From Candidatus Eiseniibacteriota bacterium (GTDB lineage Bacteria > Eisenbacteria > RBG-16-71-46): a stretch of 44,613 nt of DNA. Positions 16,957-27,818 of the stretch are shown here, piece after piece. Each line of letters starts with the position of its first letter. Within the stretch, counting starts at the first letter, position 1. The position numbers and the translations under genes are program-made. The DNA lies in contig JANLOX010000010.1 of the NCBI GenBank assembly GCA_031366795.1, positions 1 to 44,613 of the forward strand, written 5' to 3'. A model generated the notes under the pieces. That model ran no database searches. It was not told the origin of the DNA and worked only from the letters and a program-made list of their open reading frames with translations.

Positions 16957-19146
16957 ATGCGTAATCGCCACGCCGCCTTCATCGTCGCCGCCTTTGTCTC
17001 CTGCGTTGCCAGCAGCACACCCGCGCCGCTCCACGCCACCCCGACGAGTGCGGCCGGATACGACTACGTCGTCGCGTTGTCCACCGACGCGCACTACTCG
17101 CTGAACGTTCAACTTGGTAGCACCGCCGCACTGGGGCGGAACCTGCTTGACGGGATCGAGCCCGGCGCTCCCCCTCCAACTCCCGCGTACACGCTGCGAC
17201 TGGCCGGCAATGCACAGCCGCTACCGCATGACTTCGACCCCGCGCGCGTTTGGCTCCTGCACGCTGCGGACTCGAGTGCGGCGGCAGCCGCTGCGTCAGG
17301 GCTCGTCGCCACGCGCGTCGCAGAATGGGCGGAACCCGTCGTGATGCGTGAGGTATGTGATGCGACCGACTGGATACGAGCGCCCCGCACCGGCATCTCC
17401 ACGCAACGGCCCGCTCCTCACACCGGCGTGCACCGGCCATCGCTTGGTGTGCTGGAGTTGCCGGGTGATTTTCCCGACGACCCGCTGTTCCGCGACGGGC
17501 GGCAGTGGGGCCTGCGCAACAACGGTTCCGCGGGCGGCGTCGCGGGCGCTGACATTCACGCACTCGCCGCGTGGCAACGCAGCTGCGGCGCACCGTGGTT
17601 ACGACTCGCCGTGCTCGACACGGGGATCGATCCCGCGCATCCCGATCTCGGGGGTAGTGCGCCGGGCGGCATTCGCATTGAGGGAGGCCTCAATGTCACC
17701 GCGGAAGAATCACGTTCATGGGCCGATTCCGCGGCGCACGGCACGGCGGTGGCGGGCGTCATGGCGGCGCGCACGCATGACGGCGCGCACTTCGATTCGC
17801 TCGGGGTGGCCGGCGTCTGCGGCGGCGACGGCGCTGGCAATCCCGGCTGCCGCATCGTGCCCATCAAGGTCGCGCCTGGGCATTCGACGAGTGCTTCGAC
17901 ATTCGACATCGCGCGCGGCATCCTCGCCGCGGTGGCCGCAGGGGCGCGCGCGGTGAACCTCTCGTTCGGCGGCGTGGGAGCGAGCCGGATCGAACGCGAG
18001 GCGATGCGCTACGCGATGGAGCGCAATTGCCTGGTCGTGGCGGCCAGCGGCAATCGCGGCGCCTTAGGCCTGCGCGAGGCAATCTACCCCGCGGCATACG
18101 CGGCCGATGGACTGTGCCTGCAAGTCGGCGCCACCGATGCGCAGGACCACCGCGCAATGTTCTCGTCCTTCGGCCCCGGCCTCGACATTGTTGCCCCTGG
18201 CAGCATCATCTGGACCACCTTCCTCTCCTACCCAAGTGCCGCGGGAGCGGTGTATCCAGGCTATGTCGCCGTTTCGGGCACATCATTCGCGGCGCCATTC
18301 GCGACGGGTGTCGCCGGGTTACTCGTGGCATCGCGGCCCGAACTGTTCGCTGATGATTTGCGCGAGTTGATCCGCCGCGGCGCGCGCGACATCGGGGCCG
18401 CGGGCCCCGACGAGGAGACGGGGGCCGGCATGCTCGACGCGGCAACAAGCCTCGAGGCAATCGCCCCGGGCATCGGGATCTGGCACGACGAGATCGCGGC
18501 CACCGATTGGCGCGACGCGGGAATAGATTCGTTGGTGGTCGGCGAGAGCGGCCCCGGGAACATGAGCGGGCCACGCACCTGGAGCGCGGCGCGACGCATT
18601 GAAGCGCGCGCTACCGTCACCGTCCCCGACTCGTTCGCCAGCGTCGTCGCCGGTTGGCCGCGCATCGCAGGTACCAGCACGGTGCGCGGGGATTATCGCC
18701 TGCCATACTTCGCCCCGCACGCCGCGATCGAGTGGCTCGACGCGCGCACCTTCGTGCTCAAGGGATCGCTCTATCGCGTCGCCAGCGGCGGGGACTCGCT
18801 CGACATCCCGCTTCCGTTCGACCAGGCGCGTTTCAGCTTCACATTGCTCGGCCCCGTGCGGAAGCAGCGGCTGGCGCGGGAGGCCGGCCCGGCAAGGCCC
18901 GCGCTCGCAGCCCATCCCAATCCATTCCGCGGCTCGCTGAGCATCAACGCCCCGTCCGCGACGCAGGTCGAGTTGTTCGATATTGGGGGGCGGCGCGTGC
19001 ACCACTGGGCCTCGGATGGTAACGTGAGCCCGCTCGTGTGGGAGGGTCGCGATGCGGCGGGCAACCGTTCGCCGCCCGGCCTCTATTGGGTGAGGGCTCA
19101 TTCGCCGCGGGGCACCTCGCAATTGCGCGTCATCAAGCTCGAGTGA
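16957..19146 (+). CDS. secreted S8 subtilisin-like serine peptidase with FlgD-Ig/T9SS-like C-terminal domain
   Basis: AVLDTG, HGTAVAG, AASGN and SGTSFAAP catalytic motifs. CTD PNPF..FDIGGRRV..WEGRD..GLYW. Confidence 0.9.
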   Translation: MRNRHAAFIVAAFVSCVASSTPAPLHATPTSAAGYDYVVALSTDAHYSLNVQLGSTAALGRNLLDGIEPGAPPPTPAYTLRLAGNAQPLPHDFDPARVWLLHAADSSAAAAAASGLVATRVAEWAEPVVMREVCDATDWIRAPRTGISTQRPAPHTGVHRPSLGVLELPGDFPDDPLFRDGRQWGLRNNGSAGGVAGADIHALAAWQRSCGAPWLRLAVLDTGIDPAHPDLGGSAPGGIRIEGGLNVTAEESRSWADSAAHGTAVAGVMAARTHDGAHFDSLGVAGVCGGDGAGNPGCRIVPIKVAPGHSTSASTFDIARGILAAVAAGARAVNLSFGGVGASRIEREAMRYAMERNCLVVAASGNRGALGLREAIYPAAYAADGLCLQVGATDAQDHRAMFSSFGPGLDIVAPGSIIWTTFLSYPSAAGAVYPGYVAVSGTSFAAPFATGVAGLLVASRPELFADDLRELIRRGARDIGAAGPDEETGAGMLDAATSLEAIAPGIGIWHDEIAATDWRDAGIDSLVVGESGPGNMSGPRTWSAARRIEARATVTVPDSFASVVAGWPRIAGTSTVRGDYRLPYFAPHAAIEWLDARTFVLKGSLYRVASGGDSLDIPLPFDQARFSFTLLGPVRKQRLAREAGPARPALAAHPNPFRGSLSINAPSATQVELFDIGGRRVHHWASDGNVSPLVWEGRDAAGNRSPPGLYWVRAHSPRGTSQLRVIKLE

Positions 19147-19150
19147 TCTC

Positions 19151-20323
19151 ATGACCGCCACGACGTTCCGATCGGGCCGCCGCATCGTTGCTGCGACAGG
19201 GCTGGTGCTCTCGCTCGCGGGATTCGTGCAGGGCTGCGCGGTGCCGTCGTCGCACGAAGGCGCCTTCGTCGTGCGTGAAACCACACCCATCTTCCTGCTG
19301 TCACTCGATGCGCGCGATCCTTCCCTGGCAGCCGATGGCCACGGCACCGTCGCACTCATCTGGGTGAGCGGCGATTCGTTGGCGGGCGACGTGTGGCTCA
19401 GTGTCTCGCGCGACAGCGGCGTCACGTTTTCGGCTCCTGCGCGCGTGAACCCGACGGCGGGCTGCGTCGTCTCGTCACTCGAGGGGCGGCCCGCGGTCGC
19501 GCTCGGCGGAGGCGGCGCCCTCGCGATCGCGTGGTCCGAGCGGCGAGCCGATTCGAGCGGGGTCATCGACCTTCGATTACGCGCCAGCGACGACTTGGGC
19601 CGCACCCTGAGCGAACCCGTGACGATTAATGACGACGTGGCCGATCCTCCCCCCGGGCTAAGGTGGCGGGAGCTGCGAGATTGGCCGCTCAAGCACCGGC
19701 CCCACGCCTCGCACGGTATGCCGGCGCTCGCATTCACTCACGACGGCTCATTGCTCGCTTGCTGGCTCGACGACCGGCGCACCGCCACAGCGGACTCCGC
19801 ACGCGTCACCACACTGTGGACCTCGACGAGCCGCGACGGCGGCCTAAGCTTTAGCCCCAACGTGGCGCTGAGCGACAGCGCGCTTCCGCTATCCCGTCCC
19901 ATGCTGGCCATCGCCGCGGGCGGCACGGTGACGCTCGCCTATCGCGGCACCGAGAACGGACGGCATGGACAACACGTCATCTTCAGCGTCGATGGTCTGG
20001 CCTTCAGCGGGGATACGCTGCTCCCGCGCGAGAATAGGCCGCTCGCGGCGCACGGCCGCGCGCTGACCTTGCTCGACGGCACGCAATGGGTGGGCACCGA
20101 GGTGTCCATCACGATGGACGACCCGCGCGCCACCTTCGACGTCATCGCGTTCGATCCTGCGGGGACAGCGGGCCCGCCAGCCCACCTGGGCGCCAACGTA
20201 TCCTCGTCAGGCCTCGCCGCGGCCGGTCGCCTGTGCGCGATCGCCTGCTGGATCGAACACGAACCCGGCCACACGAGACTTCGACTCGCGACACTGACCC
20301 GTAGGAGCCGGCAAGGCGCGTGA
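19151..20323 (+). CDS. BNR/Asp-box repeat (sialidase-like) lipoprotein
   Basis: VQGC lipobox and repeats SRDSGVTF, SDDLGRTL, SRDGGLSF. Confidence 0.7.
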   Translation: MTATTFRSGRRIVAATGLVLSLAGFVQGCAVPSSHEGAFVVRETTPIFLLSLDARDPSLAADGHGTVALIWVSGDSLAGDVWLSVSRDSGVTFSAPARVNPTAGCVVSSLEGRPAVALGGGGALAIAWSERRADSSGVIDLRLRASDDLGRTLSEPVTINDDVADPPPGLRWRELRDWPLKHRPHASHGMPALAFTHDGSLLACWLDDRRTATADSARVTTLWTSTSRDGGLSFSPNVALSDSALPLSRPMLAIAAGGTVTLAYRGTENGRHGQHVIFSVDGLAFSGDTLLPRENRPLAAHGRALTLLDGTQWVGTEVSITMDDPRATFDVIAFDPAGTAGPPAHLGANVSSSGLAAAGRLCAIACWIEHEPGHTRLRLATLTRRSRQGA

Positions 20324-20592
20324 CCGCGCGCGTGCTCCAGCAATCCCCTGCGATCGGGAAGTCACTCGGCGAGCTGGCGCTGGATCCCAAGGGCAGCGGC
20401 AGCCGGGTCGTCGCGATCGTGCGGGACAGCGGAGCCATCACCGCGTTCGATGGCACATTCCGGGTGAGCGCGGGCGATACGTTAGTGTTGACCGGCGCGC
20501 ACCGCGAGATCGACGCGGCGCTCGAACGCCTCGCGCCGCAACAGGCGAGTCGTGCGACCCACAGCTGGCCGGGCGAAGAGCCGGAAGGCTAG
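20320..20592 (+). CDS. stand-alone TrkA-C (RCK_C) domain, possibly a transporter C-terminal relic
   Basis: SPAIGKSLGEL..VVAIVR..GDTLVLTG. GTGA overlap with the upstream gene. Confidence 0.65.
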   Translation: MTARVLQQSPAIGKSLGELALDPKGSGSRVVAIVRDSGAITAFDGTFRVSAGDTLVLTGAHREIDAALERLAPQQASRATHSWPGEEPEG

Positions 20593-20633
20593 ACGCACCG
20601 AAGTTCGCTCCCGAAACCCTTAGGGAAGGCCGC

Positions 20634-23114
20634 ATGAGAGTTCTCAAGTTCGGTGGCTCGTCACTCGCCACACCGCAGCGTATTCGCGGTGTCGCTGCAA
20701 TCGTCGCCGCGGCGGCGCAACAAGAGCGCGTGGTCATCGTGGTCTCGGCGCTGCAAGGCGTCACGGATCAGTTGCTGGGCACCGCCCGGCTCGCCGAGCG
20801 TGGCGACGCGGCATGGACCGCACAGCATCGCGCGATCGCCCGCCGGCACATGGAGACCGCGCGGCGCCTGACGCCCTCGCGCGGGGGCGCCGCGCTGCAG
20901 CGCAGGCTCACCGCGATGCTCGACGAGTTGCGTGACGTGCTGCGCGGCATCCACCTGTTGCGACATGCGCCGCCGCGCGCACTCGACCATGTCGCGAGCT
21001 TTGGCGAACGCCTCTCGAGCGAGATCGTCGCCGCACATCTTGCGCAATCGCACCGCGCCGTGGCAGTAGACACCCGCGAGTTAGTCGTCACCGACGACCA
21101 CTTCACCCAGGCCGCGGTCCAACTGGACGCCACGTACCGCAAGATCCGCGCGCGACTCAGGACACTGCTGCGGACCTCGCGCGGCGTTATCCCCGTGGTC
21201 ACCGGCTTCATCGGCGCGACACCCGATGGGCGCACCACCACCATCGGCCGCAACGGTTCCGACTACTCCGGCGCGTTGTTCGGCGCCGCCCTGGGCGCCA
21301 GCGTGATCGAGATCTGGACCGACGTCGACGGCATCTTGAGCGCTGATCCTTCGTGCGTGCCGGGCGCATTCGTCATCGAGCGGCTGTCCTACGAAGAGGC
21401 AATGGAGCTGTCCTACTTCGGCGCCAAGGTGCTGCACTCCGCGGCCATCGCGCCGGCGGTGGCGAAGCGCATTCCGCTGCTGGTGAAGAACACCCTGAAC
21501 CCGGAAGCCCCCGGCACCTGGGTGTCGGCGCGCGCCGAGACCTCGCCCCCGGTGGCCAAGGGCATCACCTCGATCGACGGCATGGCGCTGCTCACCCTGC
21601 GGGGCCTGAGCATGGTCGGCGTGCCGGGGACCGCGCAGCGGTTGTTCGGGGCGCTCGCGAGCCACGATGTCAGCGTCATCCTGATTTCACAGGCGTCGTC
21701 CGAGCACACCCTCTGCTTCGCGATTCGCGCCGCCGATCTTAGCGTTGCGCGCAAAGCCATCACGCACGAGTTCCGTTACGAGTTCCAGCAGGCGGTCACC
21801 ACCCTCGACGAAGCGCCGGGCCAGAGCATCGTGGCGATCGTGGGCGAGGGCATGAAGGGGACGCCCGGCGTCGCGGGTCGCGTATTCGACTCGCTCGGCC
21901 GCAACAACGTGAGCATCGCGGCGATCGCCCAGGGCGCCTCCGAGCGCAACATCTCGTTCGTGGTGCCCACGACGAGCCGGGTGCGCGCGCTGCGCGCCAT
22001 CCATGAAGCGTTCTTCGAGCCACGCCGCAAGCTCATGCTGGTCGTGGTGGGCGTGGGCAATATCGGCGAAGCGCTGCTGCGCCAGATCGAGCAACAGCGC
22101 CGCTACCTGCTGGAGCGCGGGTTCGACGTGCGCGTGGGCGCTCTGTGCAACAGCCGCGGCTGCATCATGGACGCCGAAGGCATCGACCTCAAGCATTGGC
22201 GCAAACGGCTGAAGGCTTCACGCAAGCCGATAACGCCGGCTCAGTTGGCGCTGGCGGTCGAGGCGTTCGAGTGGACGCACGCCGCACTCGTGGATTGCAC
22301 GGCGAGCTCGGACGTCGTCGACGCCTATCCCGACTTCGTGCGCGCGCAGCTGCACATCGTGACGCCCAACAAGCAGGCGAACGTGCTGCCGATGAAGCGC
22401 TACGCCGCGCTGACCGAGTTGCTGCGCGAGCGCCACCGGTACTTCCTTTACGAAGCCAACGTCGGCGCCGGATTGCCCGTCATCTCGACACTTCAAGATC
22501 TCGTGGCCAGCGGCGACAGCGTGACGCGCATCGAGGGCATCTTCTCGGGCACCTTGAGCTACCTGTTCAATGGCGGCCCGGACGTGCCGTTCAGCGCCCG
22601 CGTGAAGAGCGCGCACGAACTGGGCTTCACCGAGCCCGACCCGCGCGAGGACCTGTCGGGTCGTGACGTCGCCCGCAAACTGCTGGTGCTGGCGCGGCTC
22701 ACCGGGCTCGCGCTCGAGTTGAAGGACGTCGTGGTCGAGGACCTCGTGCCGCAGCCCTTGCGCAAGGGCCCGCGCCGCGATGCGTTCTTCGACGAGCTCG
22801 CCCGCTTCGATGCCGCGATGACGGCGCGTCATGCCGCCGCGGCGAAGCGCGGCAAAGTGCTGCGCTATGTCGGGGTCTTGAGCAAGGGACGGGCGTCGGC
22901 GGGCCTGGCGGAGTACCCTGTCGAGCATCCACTCGCGTTGGGCCGCGGCAGCGACAACATCATCGCGTTCACGTCGCGGCGTTACGCACGTACACCACTC
23001 GTCATCCAGGGCCCGGGCGCCGGCGCCGATGTCACCGCCATGGGAGTGTTCTCGGATCTGCTGAAGCTGCTCCACTACCTGCCCGCCTCGCGCGGCTACG
23101 CCGGAGTCACATGA
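20634..23114 (+). CDS. thrA: bifunctional aspartokinase/homoserine dehydrogenase
   Basis: KFGGSS, GRNGSDYS, WTDVDG, two ACT domains, GVGNIG, YEANVGAGLP, TEPDPREDL, GPGAG. Confidence 0.97.
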   Translation: MRVLKFGGSSLATPQRIRGVAAIVAAAAQQERVVIVVSALQGVTDQLLGTARLAERGDAAWTAQHRAIARRHMETARRLTPSRGGAALQRRLTAMLDELRDVLRGIHLLRHAPPRALDHVASFGERLSSEIVAAHLAQSHRAVAVDTRELVVTDDHFTQAAVQLDATYRKIRARLRTLLRTSRGVIPVVTGFIGATPDGRTTTIGRNGSDYSGALFGAALGASVIEIWTDVDGILSADPSCVPGAFVIERLSYEEAMELSYFGAKVLHSAAIAPAVAKRIPLLVKNTLNPEAPGTWVSARAETSPPVAKGITSIDGMALLTLRGLSMVGVPGTAQRLFGALASHDVSVILISQASSEHTLCFAIRAADLSVARKAITHEFRYEFQQAVTTLDEAPGQSIVAIVGEGMKGTPGVAGRVFDSLGRNNVSIAAIAQGASERNISFVVPTTSRVRALRAIHEAFFEPRRKLMLVVVGVGNIGEALLRQIEQQRRYLLERGFDVRVGALCNSRGCIMDAEGIDLKHWRKRLKASRKPITPAQLALAVEAFEWTHAALVDCTASSDVVDAYPDFVRAQLHIVTPNKQANVLPMKRYAALTELLRERHRYFLYEANVGAGLPVISTLQDLVASGDSVTRIEGIFSGTLSYLFNGGPDVPFSARVKSAHELGFTEPDPREDLSGRDVARKLLVLARLTGLALELKDVVVEDLVPQPLRKGPRRDAFFDELARFDAAMTARHAAAAKRGKVLRYVGVLSKGRASAGLAEYPVEHPLALGRGSDNIIAFTSRRYARTPLVIQGPGAGADVTAMGVFSDLLKLLHYLPASRGYAGVT

Positions 23115-24058
23115 CCCGCACTCGCGTCACCGTATTCGCACCCGCAACGATCGCCAACGTCGGTCCGGGATTCGACGCACTGGGGCTCGCCATCGACCGG
23201 CCCGGCGACAAGATCACCGCCTCGCGCACGGACAAGCCGGGCGTCACGCTCCAAATTCGCGGCTCACGCGCGGGATTGCCTAAGGCGCCGAAGGACAATG
23301 TCGCGGTGCACGTCGCGCAATTGATGCTCGCGGAGCTGGCGCCCAAGCTCGGCGTGAAGCTCGAGCTCACCAAAGGGATGCCGGTGGGTTCGGGGCTCGG
23401 CAGCTCGGCGGCCAGCAGCGTCGCCGCAGTGGTGGCGGTCAATGCGCTGTTGCCGCGTCCGCTGACGCGGCTCGACCTGCTGCGGTTTGCGGTCGAGGGC
23501 GAGCGCAAGGCCTCGGGCGCCCCGCATGCCGACAATGTCGCTCCCGGGCTGCTCGGTGGCGTCTGCCTGACGCGCGGCGGCGATCCCGCCGAGGTCGTGA
23601 AGCTGGCGGCGAAGGATGCGTTCGTGTGGGTCGTCGCGCACCCGCACGTCGTGGTGAAGACCGCCACGGCGCGCAAGCTGCTGCCACGCAGCGTGCCGTT
23701 GTCGTTGGCCGCTCGCCAGTGGGCCAATGTCGCAGGCCTCGTCGTCGGCCTGGTCAGCGGTAACGCCATACTCGTCGCACACTCCTGCGAAGACGCCATC
23801 GTCGAACCCGTGCGCGCGCCGCTGATTCCCTGCTTCTACGGCGTGAAGGAAGCGGCTCTCGCGGCCGGCGCACTCGGCTGCTCGATCGCAGGCTCGGGCC
23901 CGTCCGTGTTCGCCATTGTCAAACTCGGCGGTCCGGTTCAGCGTGTGGCGCGCGCCATGCGTGAAGCGTTCCGTGGCGAAGCGCGGCTGCGTTGCGACAT
24001 TTACGTGTCGCGGCTCAATCGCGATGGCGCACGCGTGAGTGGAGCGGCCCGCTCTTGA
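23111..24058 (+). CDS. thrB: homoserine kinase
   Basis: PATIANVGPGFD, PVGSGLGSSAAS, HADN, GSGPS. Confidence 0.97.
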   Translation: MTRTRVTVFAPATIANVGPGFDALGLAIDRPGDKITASRTDKPGVTLQIRGSRAGLPKAPKDNVAVHVAQLMLAELAPKLGVKLELTKGMPVGSGLGSSAASSVAAVVAVNALLPRPLTRLDLLRFAVEGERKASGAPHADNVAPGLLGGVCLTRGGDPAEVVKLAAKDAFVWVVAHPHVVVKTATARKLLPRSVPLSLAARQWANVAGLVVGLVSGNAILVAHSCEDAIVEPVRAPLIPCFYGVKEAALAAGALGCSIAGSGPSVFAIVKLGGPVQRVARAMREAFRGEARLRCDIYVSRLNRDGARVSGAARS

Positions 24059-25350
24059 AGTACGTCAGCACCCTCGGACGAACACCCGCGCAGGACTTCC
24101 GCACCGCGTTGTTCCGCGGCATGGCGGAGGATGGCGGGCTGTTCATCCCCGAGCTCCTCCCGCGGCTGCCGGCCGGGTGGTGGGACAGCATGCACGAGCG
24201 TTCGTTCCACGACATCGCCATCGAGGCATTGGCGCCATTCGTGGACGACATCCCGCGCGAGGCGTTGCACCAAATCGTCGAGCGCTCGTTCAACTTCGAG
24301 GTCCCGTTGGTGCTGCTCGAGGACCGGCTCCACCTGCTGGAGTTGTTCCATGGACCCACGCTCGCATTCAAGGATATCGGCGCGCGCTTCATGGCGCAGG
24401 CGATGTCCCATTACCTGGCCGCGGAGCCACGCAAGATCGCGCTGGTCGTGGCCACCTCGGGCGATACCGGGAGTGCGGTCGCGCATGCGTTCTTCGGCGT
24501 GCCGTACGTCACCGTGTTCGTGCTGTATCCCTCAGGGCGCGTCAGCGATGTGCAGGAGCGCCAGATGGCGACACTCGGCGGCAACGTGCGCGCCATCGAG
24601 GTCGAGGGCTCGTTCGATGATTGCCAGCGGCTGGTGAAGCGCGCGCTGGCCGAGCGGCCGCACGCGGCGGGGCGCGAACTCACTACTGCGAACTCGATCA
24701 ACATCGCGCGGCTGCTGCCGCAGGTGACGTACTACCTGTGGGGCTACGCGCAGTGGCGGCGCGCTGCCACGCGCGAGACGCGGCCGCCGCAATTCGTCGT
24801 GCCCAGCGGCAACTTCGGCAACATCATGGCGGCGGCCTATGCGCGCACGATGGGCATGCCCGCGAGCCGGCTGGTCGCGGCGACCAACGCCAACGATGTG
24901 GTGCCCGAGTTCCTGCGCACGGGGCGCTACGAACCACGTGACTCGGTGGCGACGCTGTCGAATGCCATGGATGTCGGCGACCCCAGCAACTTGTCACGGC
25001 TGCGCGCGCTGCTCGGCGCGGAGGCGACGCAGCTCGCCACGCAACTCGAGGCGGGCGCCATCAGCGATGCCGACACGTTGCGCGAGATCCGCGTTATCGC
25101 CGCGCACACGGGCACCGTGCTCGATCCGCACACCGCGGTGGCGATGCGCGTCGCCCGCTCGTTGCCGGACGACACCGATAGCATCGTCGCGGCGACCGCG
25201 CACCCGGCCAAGTTCCCGGACGTCATGCGCCAGGCGTTCGGCCGCGACATCGCGGTGCCCGATTCGCTCGCCGCACTCGCCGGTTTGCCTAAACTCAGCG
25301 TGAAGATCCCCGCGGAGTACGACGCGTTTCGTTCACTGCTCGAGCAGTAG
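24055..25350 (+). CDS. thrC: threonine synthase
   Basis: ELFHGPTLAFKD (PLP Lys), ATSGDTG, NSIN, VPSGNFGN, TAHPAKF. TTG start overlaps the thrB stop. Confidence 0.97.
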   Translation: MKYVSTLGRTPAQDFRTALFRGMAEDGGLFIPELLPRLPAGWWDSMHERSFHDIAIEALAPFVDDIPREALHQIVERSFNFEVPLVLLEDRLHLLELFHGPTLAFKDIGARFMAQAMSHYLAAEPRKIALVVATSGDTGSAVAHAFFGVPYVTVFVLYPSGRVSDVQERQMATLGGNVRAIEVEGSFDDCQRLVKRALAERPHAAGRELTTANSINIARLLPQVTYYLWGYAQWRRAATRETRPPQFVVPSGNFGNIMAAAYARTMGMPASRLVAATNANDVVPEFLRTGRYEPRDSVATLSNAMDVGDPSNLSRLRALLGAEATQLATQLEAGAISDADTLREIRVIAAHTGTVLDPHTAVAMRVARSLPDDTDSIVAATAHPAKFPDVMRQAFGRDIAVPDSLAALAGLPKLSVKIPAEYDAFRSLLEQ

Positions 25351-25858
25351 CCGCGGTGCGCTTCGCGGTAGCCGGACGCGCGCTCGCAGTGGAAACCCGA
25401 TTCGCCGCTGAGACCTGGTTCGCCATCGGCTGCACGCGAGACACACGCGCCGCCACGGAGCTCGCATTGACCGCCTTGCCCGGCGCCTCCGCCAGCGGGT
25501 GATGCGCCCACAGCTTTCGCGGCACGCCGATGATGGCGCGCGGGACCTTGAGCACGTCGATCACCGCGTAGGGCCCGCGCGGCCCGCGCGCGCGATACCA
25601 GAACCCGCGCGTGTAGGCGAACCAGTACTGGCCATAGTGGAACAGGTCGCCATCGAAGCGAACGGCGGCGTCATCGACGACGTACACCATCGCGTCGCTG
25701 GCCAACAGGGCATGTGGCTCGCGAGCAACACGTATAACCGGCGGACGCGGCGCGTTCGCAACGCCCACACTGAATCCATAGTACTGCCGGGACCAGACGG
25801 AATGCGGGACCAGCAGGGCGGCAAACACGACGGACACCCACAGCACGGTGCGTTTCAT
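25295..25858 (-). CDS. secreted hypothetical protein rich in aromatic residues and Pro
   Basis: Strong RBS (AAGGAGG), signal peptide MKRTVLWVSVVFAALL, YW..WY..GP..VP motif. Overlaps the thrC 3' end. Confidence 0.7.
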   Translation of the reverse strand: MKRTVLWVSVVFAALLVPHSVWSRQYYGFSVGVANAPRPPVIRVAREPHALLASDAMVYVVDDAAVRFDGDLFHYGQYWFAYTRGFWYRARGPRGPYAVIDVLKVPRAIIGVPRKLWAHHPLAEAPGKAVNASSVAARVSRVQPMANQVSAANRVSTASARPATAKRTAATARAVNETRRTPRGSSR

Positions 25859-26122
25859 GTCACCCTCCTTGTGGCGGCGCGCCTTGCGGCTCCGCGCAGC
25901 AGCACGGTTACCCAAGGCTGCACCCGTCATGCCAAATGCGGCTCGCAGACTGCGGCGCGGGTAGAATCACCCAACCCTGCGGCCCATCACACGTCACGGC
26001 GACGGGTGGATTGCCCCCATGCAGCTTGTCGCCGCCTCCGCGTGGCGAACGACACGGTGGGCATTGCAGGAGTGGCTGCAGCAGGGCCCGGCCCCACGCA
26101 CAGTTGAGGAGGGCGAAAGCGT

Positions 26123-26452
26123 ATGCAGATCGATGCGATTCCATTCGAAACGGTGAATTGGGCGTCTATTCCCCCGACCGAGCATCCGGGCAAGACCGGC
26201 GTCGCGCGCTGGCATACGCGGCAGTTCGGCAGCCTGCGGGTGCGCATGGTCGAGTATTCGCCCGGCTACACCACGACAGAGTGGTGCGAGAAGGGCCACG
26301 TCGTGCTGTGCGTCCACGGCGAACTGCACACCGAGCTCGCGGACGGCCGCCGGGTGGTCCTGACGCCCGGAAACAGTTACGTCGTAGCGGACGGAGCAAT
26401 GGGGCACCAGTCGTCAGCGCCTAGGGGGGCTAAGCTCTTTATCGTGGACTGA
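26123..26452 (+). CDS. DHCW-motif cupin family protein
   Basis: EHPG.TG.A.W..RMVEYSPGY..WC.KGH..GELHTEL.DGR..GAKLFIVD. GAGGAGG RBS. Confidence 0.85.
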   Translation: MQIDAIPFETVNWASIPPTEHPGKTGVARWHTRQFGSLRVRMVEYSPGYTTTEWCEKGHVVLCVHGELHTELADGRRVVLTPGNSYVVADGAMGHQSSAPRGAKLFIVD

Positions 26453-26560
26453 GCTGTGCCGTTTTCGCGGCCCGCACAGCCCATGCTAGGCTCATTCGAT
26501 TGCGCCGCACGCGCGGCCGCTCCAAGGCCTGATTCACCTTCTTCCCACCCGGAAAGACCC

Positions 26561-27574
<1,014 letters not shown>

Positions 27575-27727
27575 CGGCCAAGAATTCCCTTCACCGCGAG
27601 TCCATCATGAGCAAGCCGGTGTCCCGTTCTTCGGCGCGAGTGAACCCCAGATGCCCCGGCCTAGGCGTCGTCACGGGTCCTCGTTCGAGCGCAATTATGC
27701 GTTCCTCCGGACGTTTCCAGTGCGCTC

Positions 27728-27797
27728 ACGCGTGATCAACATGGGAAACCCGTTCGTGATGACGTTCGCGATCGGGTTTCCCATGTTGATCACGCGT
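27728..27797. repeat. perfect 25-bp inverted repeat (long hairpin)
   Basis: ACGCGTGATCAACATGGGAAACCCG (27728-27752) and its exact reverse complement (27773-27797). The 20-nt spacer can pair further. Confidence 0.95.
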
Positions 27798-27818
27798 TGG
27801 TTCCCCGGCAGCCCGCCC

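Noticed and set aside
20593..20633. thr attenuator (thrL) or T-box leader
   Set aside because: Only 41 bp intergenic, with no Thr/Ile-rich leader peptide or terminator.
27728..27797. integron attC site (GATCAAC...GTTGATC)
   Set aside because: Does not fit RYYYAAC/GTTRRRY, the arms are perfectly paired without extrahelical bases, it is a single copy and no integrase is present.
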